NCBI GenBank assembly: GCA_964291395.2
Contig: OZ219856.1
Location: 1,440,001 to 1,504,000 of the forward strand
Source: Alphaproteobacteria bacterium
GTDB lineage: Bacteria > Pseudomonadota > Alphaproteobacteria > UBA2966
Length of the DNA: 64,000 nt
Direction of reading: 5' to 3'
Below are positions 9,616-19,592 of the stretch, piece after piece. How positions within the stretch are numbered: the stretch's first letter is position 1; the number at the start of each line of letters is the position of its first letter. Both the position numbers and the translations under genes were made by a program. Below the pieces are notes generated by a model, which saw only the letters and a program-made list of their open reading frames with translations, made no database searches and was not told where the DNA came from.

Positions 9616-10986
9616 TCAGCCGATATTTTCAGTAGTCTGCTGACGCTCCGCGAGATACGCCCGGACACGCTTCTCTATCTCGGTGCGACGCTCGACGTAC
9701 GACAAGTCCCCGGTCTCCACGATGATGCGGCCGATGGCCCGGCCGATTTCGCCTTGGATTTCCCGGTTATCCGACATGTCCCCGACACGGACGATCACGT
9801 CGCAGCACTGCGTGGGTAGGTGACCCGAAGCCGCCGGCGCAAGTAGAGGGAGATCCCTACCCTCCTGAACTGCCCGGATACCTTCGCGCAGCGTCCGGCG
9901 CAACAGCGCCACGCCCGTGTCCGTGTATCCGAGATTCCCGAGCGCATGGATATTGATCGGCCCCTGCCCCACCTGGGCTTCGTAGTCGCCCGGAATTCTC
10001 TGCCCTTCCTCGTAGGACCGCGCGCTGGTTTGTCCCAGGAAATCGACTTTGTTGAGTCCGATTTCGGAACGGTCGCTCTTGCCGTCAACGTCGAGGTCGT
10101 CGTTGAAGTGCCGCCAGGCGATGATCATGGTGTTGGTGTCGTCGACCGGCACCGCCCATTTGCTGAGGCCGGCACGGACGAAGAACTTCTCGCGATCGGG
10201 GTTCTGGTAGATGTCCGGAGTCTGAGCGAAGTTGGGCGCGACCCACTCGTTGATCCGCGTCCACAGATGATCTTTCCAGCGCCGGGTATTGGTGAGGTGC
10301 ACGCCCGTGCCGCCCTCCTTCACGTGCCACTCGACCACCGGCAAGGCGCCCCACGACACGTTGAAATGCGCCTCGGTCACGCGGCTGTGCAGAAACACGC
10401 TGTGGTAGGGATCGACCGGATTCTCGTTCACTTGCAACCAGTTGCAGGGATAGTGGATGGCATACGGCACCATCTCGTTGTCCGGCAATTCCAAGGAATC
10501 GTAGATGGGGAAGTCCGGTTTGGTGCCGGGCGGTCCCATATACGCGAAGACCAGTCCTTTGTACTCATGAGTCGGATAGGCACCGTGCACGAAACCGTCC
10601 TTGAGCGGGGAGCCCGGCGGCTCGCCGGGCGTCTCGAGGATTCTGCCGTCCACGTCGAACAGCCAGCCGTGATAACAGCAGCGGATGCCACGGTCCGAGA
10701 CGATTCCGAACTCGAGCGACGCGCCCCGGTGCGAGCAATGCCTGTTCAGCAATCCGATCTGTCCGGACTTGTCCCGGAAGACCACCAGGTCTTCGCCCAT
10801 GATGGTCAGTGCGAGGGGCAGATCGGTGAGCTGCTCGGTCAGGCAGACCGGCTGCCAGAAGCGCCGCAGGTACTCTCCGCACGGCGTGTTGGAGCCGACA
10901 TGGGTGAGCTCCGCGTCCTCCGCGACGCCGTGGGGTCGGCGGTAGCCCGCATAGGGCTCTTGAGGCATGGCGACCTGTTCGCTCAT
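9616..10986 (-). CDS. Rieske non-heme iron oxygenase alpha subunit (phthalate 4,5-dioxygenase / LigXa-like)
   Basis: TPCGEYLRRFWQP; CSH...CCYH Rieske motif; ENPVDPYHSVFLH mononuclear Fe motif. Confidence 0.88.
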   Translation of the reverse strand: MSEQVAMPQEPYAGYRRPHGVAEDAELTHVGSNTPCGEYLRRFWQPVCLTEQLTDLPLALTIMGEDLVVFRDKSGQIGLLNRHCSHRGASLEFGIVSDRGIRCCYHGWLFDVDGRILETPGEPPGSPLKDGFVHGAYPTHEYKGLVFAYMGPPGTKPDFPIYDSLELPDNEMVPYAIHYPCNWLQVNENPVDPYHSVFLHSRVTEAHFNVSWGALPVVEWHVKEGGTGVHLTNTRRWKDHLWTRINEWVAPNFAQTPDIYQNPDREKFFVRAGLSKWAVPVDDTNTMIIAWRHFNDDLDVDGKSDRSEIGLNKVDFLGQTSARSYEEGQRIPGDYEAQVGQGPINIHALGNLGYTDTGVALLRRTLREGIRAVQEGRDLPLLAPAASGHLPTQCCDVIVRVGDMSDNREIQGEIGRAIGRIIVETGDLSYVERRTEIEKRVRAYLAERQQTTENIG

Positions 10987-11028
10987 TATGCTTTCTCCTC
11001 GAACGGCGGAAAGCCGATTGGCCTCGGT

Positions 11029-11577
11029 TCAGGCAGGAGTAATTTCAACCAAGTTCCCGTTCTCGTCGAGATCCAAGCCGGTCTTTCGCGCCCGTTCCAG
11101 GACTTTGGGCGACCAGGTGACCCGCCCAGCATCCGTCCCGCCGAGGATCGCCATCAGGTAGGCGTATTCGCTCCCCGTGTTGCGGAACCCTCTCATCACG
11201 TCCGGGGGAACCGAGATCACGTCTCCCTGGTCGAGTTCGATCTCGTGTTCGCCCTGATCGCCCCAGAACACGGCCCAAGTGCCCGTCATCGGGATGAACA
11301 CCTCGACCCCGGCCGAGTGTGAATGAAGGTTCGCCCCTCTTCCGGGCTCGGCCCCGATGTAGGTGAGATTGAAGTCCTCGGCGTCGGTGATTGCCGGTTG
11401 CGAATCAGGATCCTCCGTGACCCCCTGGCCGATGACATCGAAGATCTCGCGCTGGTTTTCCGGCAGGCGAGTATCGACGAACGCCTTGCTCGTCGACTTG
11501 AGGTCCTTCATACGTGCTACGCGCTTCGTCATCTCTTCCATGGACACCTGTCGGCTTCCCATTGCTTTCGTCCTCAT
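11029..11577 (-). CDS. Cupin domain protein
   Basis: GANLHSH...EVF...GDVISVPP..RGFRN cupin motif; start uncertain. Confidence 0.85.
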   Translation of the reverse strand: MRTKAMGSRQVSMEEMTKRVARMKDLKSTSKAFVDTRLPENQREIFDVIGQGVTEDPDSQPAITDAEDFNLTYIGAEPGRGANLHSHSAGVEVFIPMTGTWAVFWGDQGEHEIELDQGDVISVPPDVMRGFRNTGSEYAYLMAILGGTDAGRVTWSPKVLERARKTGLDLDENGNLVEITPA

Positions 11578-11703
11578 CTCAAAGCGTCAACGGTCAGAAT
11601 TCAGAAGTCATCACAACTACAGGTCATTCCCGCCGACACGACGAGAAGACCGCACCATCAGAATACCATGCTGCCGTCCCTCGCTGGTTTCCCCTGCGTC
11701 GAC

Positions 11704-12597
11704 CTACCCTTCCCCGCCATCCCGGATAAAGGGGAACACGCGAGTGAAGTCCGCTCCCGGCATCTTTTCACCCATGTCCGACCAAATCTTGTTGACGACG
11801 GAGCCTACGGCGTTGGGGAAGTTTCCGTTTTCAACTTCCTCGACATAGACGCCTACGTCCTTCACCAGAATCTCGACCGCCGCGCCGACATCGTAGGTCT
11901 TCGGTTCGATGCAGGTGGGGAAGACGTAGGACGTCGCGATATTGGCGCCGCTCGAGACGTTGATCACCTCGAGGATCGACTTCATGTCGAGGTTCTGGCT
12001 CAAGCCGTAATTCATCGCCTCGCTCGTCGCGGTCATGGCCGCGCCGATCAGGAAGTTGTTGATCAGCTTGATAGCCTGTGCCTGGCCCGGCTCTTCACCG
12101 ACGTGAAACAGCTTGCGTCCCATCTTTTCAAGCACCGGGCGGACTTTTTCGACGGCGTCGGTTTTGCCTGCAACGATGAATGTCAAGGTCGCGGCTTTCG
12201 CCGCCGCCGGGCCGATTCCCGTGCCGCCCGATGCGCCCGCGACGGCCGAGTCGATGTAGGTGATGTCGACGGCCCCTAGGCGGGCCTCGGCGGCACGGGC
12301 GGTTTTCGAGCCGATGGTCGAGGTGTCGACGACGATCGAGACGGTCCGGTGGTTGGCCGCCGCCAGTTCTTCCGTGATCTCTTCGACCGCCTGCCGGGTC
12401 GCCACGCTGATGATTGCGAACTTGGAGCTTCCCGCAATCTGGGTAACGGAGTCCGCGATCTCGGCCCCTTCGGGCGCCCGTTCCTTCGTACCCGCGATGT
12501 CGTAACAGATGACGGGATATCCCGCCGACACCAGATTGATCGCCATGGGATTGCCCATGTTGCCGAGACCTATGAATCCGATGCGTTCTCCCGCCAT
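11704..12597 (-). CDS. NAD(P)-dependent beta-hydroxyacid dehydrogenase (3-hydroxyisobutyrate DH family)
   Basis: IGFIGLGNMGNPMA; DTST; catalytic Lys in KLINN. Confidence 0.9.
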   Translation of the reverse strand: MAGERIGFIGLGNMGNPMAINLVSAGYPVICYDIAGTKERAPEGAEIADSVTQIAGSSKFAIISVATRQAVEEITEELAAANHRTVSIVVDTSTIGSKTARAAEARLGAVDITYIDSAVAGASGGTGIGPAAAKAATLTFIVAGKTDAVEKVRPVLEKMGRKLFHVGEEPGQAQAIKLINNFLIGAAMTATSEAMNYGLSQNLDMKSILEVINVSSGANIATSYVFPTCIEPKTYDVGAAVEILVKDVGVYVEEVENGNFPNAVGSVVNKIWSDMGEKMPGADFTRVFPFIRDGGEG

Positions 12598-12739
12598 GCC
12601 ATTTCTCCTTGTGCGGTTCCAGCGAATGCCTTTGTTTAGCGAGTCGGCCGTCTGTGGAGCAAGGTAAGCGGGTTCGCTTATTCTTCCTGGACTCCATGGG
12701 TTAGGCTGCCACGTCGGAAACCAGCGAGGGACGGCGGGT

Positions 12740-13417
12740 ATGGCTATGCAAATCGATCCCCGGATCGTCGAACGCTTCGAGGCGCTGGCGGGTCCTGACG
12801 TCGCGGACGGGCTGGAGCGCAACGGCCTTGAAGGGGCCGCCGAAGGCGTGCTGCCCTTGTGGCCGGACTGCCGTAAGATTGTCGGGCCGGCTCAAACCCT
12901 CAAACTCGTGCCACCCGGCGAAGGGCCTGAATCAGCCGCCTATGACACCTTGCGTGCCGTCGTGGCCGGCGGCCAAGGCAGTGTTCTCGTCATCGACAAC
13001 GGCAGTCGGCCTACGGTGAACAGCTTCGGCGGCATCGTCGGCACCACGTCGAAACACTATGGCGTCGCCGGATGTGTCAGCGACGGTGCCATGCGGGACA
13101 TCAACGAATACAAGGCCCTCGACTTTCCTTGCTACGCGTCCGGACCCGCGATGACGTCGATCCGCACACGCTCGTCGAGCGCCGGCTACGGCATCGAGGT
13201 CACCTTCGCGGGCCTCGCCGTCCGGCCGGGCGACTTGGTGTTCGGCGATGAGAACGGCGTGCTCATCGTGTCTCGGGACCACATCGAAGCCGTTCTCGAA
13301 ACGGCGGAACTCGTGAAACGCACCGAAGAGCGGATCATCGCCGCCATCCGCAGCGGTCAGGATCCGGTCGCGGCCCACGAAGCGGTGCGCTATGACCAGA
13401 TGCTCGCCAAGACGTGA
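12740..13417 (+). CDS. RraA family protein (HMG/CHA aldolase-like)
   Basis: DVAD, GG, DGAMRD, PGDLVFGDENGV motifs. Confidence 0.88.
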   Translation: MAMQIDPRIVERFEALAGPDVADGLERNGLEGAAEGVLPLWPDCRKIVGPAQTLKLVPPGEGPESAAYDTLRAVVAGGQGSVLVIDNGSRPTVNSFGGIVGTTSKHYGVAGCVSDGAMRDINEYKALDFPCYASGPAMTSIRTRSSSAGYGIEVTFAGLAVRPGDLVFGDENGVLIVSRDHIEAVLETAELVKRTEERIIAAIRSGQDPVAAHEAVRYDQMLAKT

Positions 13418-13520
13418 GTTCGTCGAGGCATGGCACTCCAAAGCCGTGAGCCTCTACCTCCCTCGACATCGTGCGAATTGAATCGAATTTCTCCCGCAGC
13501 GCCAATCCGTTAAGTCTTGG

Positions 13521-14501
13521 TCACGTGTCCAGGACGGAGTCGTCGAACAGGCTCTCGACGGGGATCGGAGCGTCGATCAACCGCTGATCCGCGACATATT
13601 CGATGAATTGCTCGAGATTGGCCCGATTCGCCTTGAGGCCGTTCGGAAACAGATCGGGGCCCATGTTGTCGCGCTGCCATTCATATTCGTTTCTGGCGAA
13701 CATCAACATCGAGAAGGCCGGGTCATCGTAGAACTCGTCCGTCTTGCGCTTGGCATCCTCCCAGATGTCGATCATCGCCTTGGGCAGCCAGGGCTCTCGT
13801 GCCACGAGTTCACGCGTAAACACCAACAGATGCATGATGGGGCAGTAGCCGAACTTCCCGAAATGCCTGAGCGACTCGGCGCGCGAGTCGGAGAACAGGC
13901 GGCGTACCCGCCCGGGATTGCGCAGGACGGCGGGAGGCGGTAGCGGATGGAACAGGGCGTCGACCTCGCCGGCCACCAACATCTCGCCGGCATCCTCGCC
14001 ATCCGGAATGTTCTGAATCGAGATGCCCTCCCCCTCCCAAGGGATCTCCTCATGGTGCTGGATGCACCAGTGCACTTCTTCCCAGGGCACACCGTACTCG
14101 CTCTTGAGGTCGCCCTTCGCCAGGACGCAGAGCGTGGTCTGGAAGGACCACACGGCCACTCTTTTGCCGATCAAGTCCCTGGGTTCGTCGATCCCGGCAT
14201 CGACGTTCACGAACATGCAGATCTGGCTGAACAGACGGCGGGGAAACACCGGCGTTGCGATGAGTTCGTCGGACCGCGTCCGGGACATGATGAAGGATGC
14301 GAGCGATTGTTCGCAGATGTCGAACTCCCGGCCCCGGAACATGCGTCCGTGGCGGTCCATGCCGTCTCGACGGCCAGGATCGAAGCCAACGCCGACTTCG
14401 AGCGCACGGAACGATATGCCCTCGGGGCAGTCCACGGTGCCCATGAAGAACGGCGCATGGCGATCGAGCCGTTCCAGTGCGATGGTGAACGTTTTGTCCA
14501 T
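13521..14501 (-). CDS. 4,5-dihydroxyphthalate decarboxylase-like protein
   Basis: EFDICEQSLAS, PVFPRRLF, PIMHLLV, NGLKANR pattern; alternative GTG start at 14546. Confidence 0.75.
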   Translation of the reverse strand: MDKTFTIALERLDRHAPFFMGTVDCPEGISFRALEVGVGFDPGRRDGMDRHGRMFRGREFDICEQSLASFIMSRTRSDELIATPVFPRRLFSQICMFVNVDAGIDEPRDLIGKRVAVWSFQTTLCVLAKGDLKSEYGVPWEEVHWCIQHHEEIPWEGEGISIQNIPDGEDAGEMLVAGEVDALFHPLPPPAVLRNPGRVRRLFSDSRAESLRHFGKFGYCPIMHLLVFTRELVAREPWLPKAMIDIWEDAKRKTDEFYDDPAFSMLMFARNEYEWQRDNMGPDLFPNGLKANRANLEQFIEYVADQRLIDAPIPVESLFDDSVLDT

Positions 14502-14542
14502 CGTGTCCCCTCCCCGGTTGGTCGCCGGGGCATGGTAGCCGC

Positions 14543-16009
14543 TCACCTCCGGTAGTTGAACGTCGTCGCACCCTTGCCGAGAAAGACGTAACCCACCTCG
14601 GGGCGGTGGGTCAGCTCGCGCAACAGCGTCGCGACCGGTGTTCGCATGACCGATCGACTCGGATGCAGGCGGCGCGCAGTTTTCCAGCGCTCTCGCATGG
14701 GGCGGGCGATCTGTAGTGCGGCCAATTGGTCCTCGTCTGACGTGAAGGGTCCCTCCTGGTCTTGCAACCGGGACATGACCGGTTCTACCCGTGCACCAGG
14801 ACGTTCCGAAATCGGCTCTCGCCCGCCGCTCAACCGGTCGAAGACGTCCGGGTCAATTCGGCCTGACACGGTGCCGAACCACCCCAGCACGTAATTCGCC
14901 AAGTCGGCCTGCACGGTCTTGTACCGTTCTCCCTCGATGACGTTGAACAGGGCCTGGACACCCACGAATTGCGAGATGGGCGTTACCATGATGGGCCAAC
15001 CGAGTTCCTCACGAATGCGGGAAATCTCGTCGAGGACGTGGCGAAGCCGGTCCGCCATGCCGAGCGCCTGGAGCTGGCTCTCCAAATTGCTGCGCATGCC
15101 CCCCGGCACCTGATGTCGGACAAGTGAAGGCTCGGGCATGACCGGCCGGCCGAGGGGTTTACCGTGGAGGGCGGCCTGCTCCCGGAAATGACGGGCGATC
15201 CGGTCGAGGGCATCGACGTCGAGACGAACCTGCAGTCCCGATTCGGCCGCTTCCCGGACCATGAATTCCGTCGGCGGGTTCGAGGTTCCGTCGGCAAGCG
15301 GAGATATTGCCGTCTGCGCCACGTCGATGCCGAGGCGCATGGCCTCGATCGCGTTGAAGGCGCCGAGGCCGGAAGCGCAGTGAGTCTGGAAATGGAACAG
15401 GGCCTGGTCTCCGATCGCGGACCTCAGTTTCATGACCAGCGCCCGCAGCCGCGCCGTCGTCATCAGGGAGGCGGCATCCTCGAGAATGACGCTGTCGGCT
15501 CCCAAGGCGACAAGTTCCTGCGCCTTGGTGACGTAGTACGCATCGGTGTGGATCGGGCTTTCGGTGAAGATCAGGGTCGCCGCGACGTGCAGATCCCGTT
15601 CCTTGGCTGCCTGAAGGGGAACCGCGATATTGGCCGTATCGTTGAGTCCGTCGAACAGATTGACCAGCGTGATCCCGTTGCCGGCCAGCACGTTCATCGC
15701 AAACGGAAACGCCTCGTCTGGCAGCGTCGACCATCCGAACACGCTCAGAGCTCGGACGATGGCGGCGACATGGTTTCCGCGGGACGCGCGAGCAATCAAT
15801 CGGACACGCTCCCAAGGATCTTCGGCGTTGAAATGATAAGACGCCTCGTAAACGGCGCCGCTCATCACTTCGATGCACCAGTACCCGCACCCGCCCATCG
15901 TATCGGCAATGGGTGCAATCATGGGCGTGGTCATGCGCGTCGCCCAAAGGCTCTGCTGGCCGTCGCGAAGTGCGGTCTCCCAGAATTCCAGGGTTCGCGT
16001 CATGCGCAA
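14543..16009 (-). CDS. Stand-alone carboxyltransferase (pyruvate carboxylase B / oxaloacetate decarboxylase alpha-like), no biotinyl domain
   Basis: LRDGQQSL, EDPWER, HQVPGGM, MVTPISQ; no AMKM biotin motif. Confidence 0.85.
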   Translation of the reverse strand: MRMTRTLEFWETALRDGQQSLWATRMTTPMIAPIADTMGGCGYWCIEVMSGAVYEASYHFNAEDPWERVRLIARASRGNHVAAIVRALSVFGWSTLPDEAFPFAMNVLAGNGITLVNLFDGLNDTANIAVPLQAAKERDLHVAATLIFTESPIHTDAYYVTKAQELVALGADSVILEDAASLMTTARLRALVMKLRSAIGDQALFHFQTHCASGLGAFNAIEAMRLGIDVAQTAISPLADGTSNPPTEFMVREAAESGLQVRLDVDALDRIARHFREQAALHGKPLGRPVMPEPSLVRHQVPGGMRSNLESQLQALGMADRLRHVLDEISRIREELGWPIMVTPISQFVGVQALFNVIEGERYKTVQADLANYVLGWFGTVSGRIDPDVFDRLSGGREPISERPGARVEPVMSRLQDQEGPFTSDEDQLAALQIARPMRERWKTARRLHPSRSVMRTPVATLLRELTHRPEVGYVFLGKGATTFNYRR

Positions 16010-16121
16010 TAGGCGGTCCGTTTAGGGTTGCACCTGATCAAACCTCATGCCGCAGGATATACTGTGGTCTCGGAGTACGGTTCAAACGCCGCTTCAGCCG
16101 CGGCAAATGGAGGGTCCGTAG

Positions 16122-17288
16122 ATGTCCGTTGCTGCCGATGTGATGTTCGATCCTGCGTCGTACGACAAAGTCCGGTTATCTCTTGAGGAGGCCGAAACCC
16201 TGCCGCCCTGGTGCTACACCTCCGAGGTGTATTACCGCGCCGAAGTCGAGCACATGTTCATGAAGGTGTGGAATCTTCTCGGCCGGGCCGACCGTATTCC
16301 CAACCCGGGAGACTTCTATACGGTCAAGTATGTGGGAGTTCCTATCATTTTCGTCCGTGGCAATGACGGGGCGGTCCACGCTTATTCAAACAGTTGCCGA
16401 CACCGGGGCACGCGAATTGCCGTTGGGGAGGGCAACTGCAAGAGTTTCGTTTGTCCCTATCACGGTTGGGCGTACGGGTTGGACGGCGCTCTGCTCGCCG
16501 CCCCGGGGATGGATGAAACGGCGAATTTCGACTTCGCGGACTACGGGTTGGTGCCTCTGCGCCTGGAGACGTGGGGCGGATTTCTGTTCGTCAACTTCGA
16601 TGACGATGCCGAGCCATTGTCCGACTATCTCGGCAACCTGCCCGTGGAGATGGCGTCCTACGGTTACGAAGACCTGGTACTCACCAATCATTGGAGCTAC
16701 GACGTCGCCTGCAACTGGAAGCTCCACATCGAGAACGCGATGGAGGACTATCACGTGCCCTGGGTGCACTCGACGAGCCTCGACCTGAAGGACGTGCAGT
16801 TCTGGAACGTGCCCACCGAGGGAAACTGGTTCGACATGCGCGAATGTCACGACGGCACGAGGGCGCTGCTGGAAGAAGATGCCCATCACGGCTTTCCCCG
16901 CATCAGCACGCTGAAGGGCCATGCCGCGGAGGGAACGAACTTCGTCTGCGTTGCCCCGTCCACCTGCATCGCGTCGACGACCGACTGTGTCTGGTACATC
17001 GAGCTCCATCCTCAGGGGCCTGGCAGCACCAAAGTGAACGTCGGCGCGTGCTTTCCAAAGGAGACGGCAGCGCGTCCCGATTTCGACGAGAGAGTCCAGT
17101 ACTATTACAAGCGCTGGCGTCGGTCGGTCGGTGAAGACAACAACATTTCCGCGGTGCAACAGGAAGGGCTGTTCTCCCCCTTTGTGACGCCCGGACGTCT
17201 GTCGACCCTGGAACCGCTCGTGCGCAGCCTTGGTGAGTGGTGGATTGACTGGGTCATCGACCGTGGCGCCGCCGCCGAGATCAAGTGA
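16122..17288 (+). CDS. Rieske oxygenase alpha subunit (choline monooxygenase / GbcA-like group)
   Basis: TLPPWCY; CRHRG...CPYHGW; NWK...ENAMEDYHVPWVH; C-terminal ED. Confidence 0.88.
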   Translation: MSVAADVMFDPASYDKVRLSLEEAETLPPWCYTSEVYYRAEVEHMFMKVWNLLGRADRIPNPGDFYTVKYVGVPIIFVRGNDGAVHAYSNSCRHRGTRIAVGEGNCKSFVCPYHGWAYGLDGALLAAPGMDETANFDFADYGLVPLRLETWGGFLFVNFDDDAEPLSDYLGNLPVEMASYGYEDLVLTNHWSYDVACNWKLHIENAMEDYHVPWVHSTSLDLKDVQFWNVPTEGNWFDMRECHDGTRALLEEDAHHGFPRISTLKGHAAEGTNFVCVAPSTCIASTTDCVWYIELHPQGPGSTKVNVGACFPKETAARPDFDERVQYYYKRWRRSVGEDNNISAVQQEGLFSPFVTPGRLSTLEPLVRSLGEWWIDWVIDRGAAAEIK

Positions 17289-18433
17289 ACGAACGGCACA
17301 TGTTCCTGAAGGGCCACTGGTACGCGGCGGGCTTCCCGCATGAACTGGGGCGGGAGTTCCTCGCACGGACCTTCCTGAACCAGGCCGTCGTCATGTTCCG
17401 CACGGAGGATGGGACGCCGGTCGCCCTGGAGGATCGTTGTGCTCATCGGCGGGTGCCTCTGTCGCTGGGCCGCCTGATCGGCGACACCGTCGAGTGCGGT
17501 TACCACGGACTTCAATATGATTGCTCGGGCAAATGCACGAGGATTCCTGGACAGAAGCGTCCTCCGCCCAAGGTCGGCGTTCGGGCCTACCCGCTCGTGG
17601 AAAAGCACCGCTTCTTGTGGATCTGGATGGGAGACCCCGAGAAGGCCGACGAGGCGTTGATTCCCGACTACAGCATGCTGAACCGCACGGGATTGCAGGT
17701 CAGCAACATCCAGTTCCACATGGATGCGCATGTCCAGTTCGTCATCGACAACCTGCTGGATCTCTCCCACCTTGCCTACGTTCACGGAACGACCACCGGG
17801 AGTCCCGAGATTTCCGAGACCGCTGACGTGAAGATCGTCCGGGACGGGGACTCGGTGCGCGTCCTGCGCTGGATGGAGAACGTGCCGCCGGCGCCGGCCT
17901 TCCGACAATTCGGTGGCTACGAGGGGAACATCGATAGTTGGCAGATCTCCGAGTTCCGGCCACCCACGTATGTCCGGGTGAGCTACGGCTCGGCACCGGC
18001 GGGTCACGGCGTTCCCGAGGGCGACTGGTACGAGGATCAGGGCCATTGGGGATTCTACGTCTATCACGGACTCACGCCGGAAACGGAGAAGCGCTGCCAC
18101 CAGTATCGGTACGTCGCCTTCGATCCGGGCATGGGCGATGCGCGAACCGTCGCGGAATTCCGTTTCCAGTGCGATCAGATCATCATCGAGGATTCCGTGC
18201 TGTTCCCCATCCAGCAGGAGTCCATCGATCGCGATCCGGCGAAGACGTCGGCGTGGGACATCAACACGCAGGTGGAGATCGTCCACGATGGCGGGTTATC
18301 GGCCGCACGTCAGATCATCGACGAACTCCTGGCGGAACAGGAGAATGGTAGGCGCAGTGGCGTCGCCGGGGCGGGCAAGAAAGCCGGCCGCAAGACCGGC
18401 AAACCCGCACGTGTGCGCGTCGTGGCGAACTGA
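17285..18433 (+). CDS. Rieske oxygenase, VanA/dicamba O-demethylase-like (paralog 1)
   Basis: CAHR...CGYHG; DNLLDLSHLAYVH; HGLTPET. Confidence 0.9.
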   Translation: MNERHMFLKGHWYAAGFPHELGREFLARTFLNQAVVMFRTEDGTPVALEDRCAHRRVPLSLGRLIGDTVECGYHGLQYDCSGKCTRIPGQKRPPPKVGVRAYPLVEKHRFLWIWMGDPEKADEALIPDYSMLNRTGLQVSNIQFHMDAHVQFVIDNLLDLSHLAYVHGTTTGSPEISETADVKIVRDGDSVRVLRWMENVPPAPAFRQFGGYEGNIDSWQISEFRPPTYVRVSYGSAPAGHGVPEGDWYEDQGHWGFYVYHGLTPETEKRCHQYRYVAFDPGMGDARTVAEFRFQCDQIIIEDSVLFPIQQESIDRDPAKTSAWDINTQVEIVHDGGLSAARQIIDELLAEQENGRRSGVAGAGKKAGRKTGKPARVRVVAN

Positions 18434-18446
18434 AGGAGCGGACTTG

Positions 18447-19583
18447 ATGTTCCTGAGAAATCACTGGTACACGGCAGCGTGGTCGGACGAGCTCGGCACC
18501 GAGCCGCTGGCCCTGACTATGCTCGGCGAGGATGTGCTTCTCTACCGTAAACAGGATGGAACGCCTGTCGCGCTGGAGAACCGTTGTGCCCACCGTCGCG
18601 TGCCGCTCTCGAAGGGCAAGATCGTTGGCAGCGAAATCCAATGCGGCTATCACGGTCTGGTCTATGACTGCACCGGCGCCTGCGTAAAGGTTCCCGGCCA
18701 GGTGCGCGTGCCCAAGGGGACGCGGGTCAAGTCCTATCCCGTGATCGAGCGCCACGCGTTCGTTTACGTCTGGATGGGCGATCCGGACGATGCGGACGAA
18801 TCCCTGATCATCGACTTCCCACGCCTGGATCATCCCGAATGGGGGGTGACCAAGCTCCATCTGCACATCAAGGCGAATTATTTGCTGTTGATCGACAACT
18901 TGCTCGATCTCTCGCACGTCGCCTTTTTGCACCACACGACGATCGGCAATACGCCCGTGGCCGAGGATGCCGAAGTCGTCCACGAGCGTCACGGCGACAT
19001 GCTGCGGGTCACGCGCGAGATGATCGACGTGCCGGCGGCGCGAACCTACGCGGAGTTCGGGTCCCATCCGGGCAACTTCGACCGCTGGCAACTCGCCGAG
19101 TGGCGGCCACCGGCCTACTTCCTCATCAACAACGGGTCTGAAGGCACGGGCTTGAGAGATCCCGGTCAGTATCGGGTCTACGATCAGGGGGAATGGGGCT
19201 TCCAGGTTTATCACGGCATCACACCGGAAACCGACCGGTCGACCCACCAGTTCTGGGCCATCGCCTACGAGTTGTCGGCCGTTCCGAAGAAAAGCCGCCC
19301 GGAGTTCCACCGTCAGTGCCACCAGGTGATCTGGGAGGACGTCGCAATTTACGAGGCGCAGCAGCGTTCGCTCGACAGCGATCCGGAGGGCGCGACGCCG
19401 GAGAACGTCAACGAGAGGGTGCAGATCTCTTTTGACCAGGGTCTGCTGCAAGCCCGCAAGATCATCGCCCGGCTGCTGAAGAAGGAAGCGGCAGCTAAAA
19501 GGAAGGCCGCCAGATCCGGGAAAGCGAGCAAGAAGGCCGCGAGGCCAATGCCGCAGAGGCAGAGTAGAGAGGCGGCGGCATAG
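18447..19583 (+). CDS. Rieske oxygenase, VanA-like (paralog 2)
   Basis: MFLRNHWY start after AAGGAG RBS; CAHR...CGYHG; DNLLDLSHVAFLH. Confidence 0.9.
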   Translation: MFLRNHWYTAAWSDELGTEPLALTMLGEDVLLYRKQDGTPVALENRCAHRRVPLSKGKIVGSEIQCGYHGLVYDCTGACVKVPGQVRVPKGTRVKSYPVIERHAFVYVWMGDPDDADESLIIDFPRLDHPEWGVTKLHLHIKANYLLLIDNLLDLSHVAFLHHTTIGNTPVAEDAEVVHERHGDMLRVTREMIDVPAARTYAEFGSHPGNFDRWQLAEWRPPAYFLINNGSEGTGLRDPGQYRVYDQGEWGFQVYHGITPETDRSTHQFWAIAYELSAVPKKSRPEFHRQCHQVIWEDVAIYEAQQRSLDSDPEGATPENVNERVQISFDQGLLQARKIIARLLKKEAAAKRKAARSGKASKKAARPMPQRQSREAAA

Positions 19584-19592
19584 GAGGGACGG

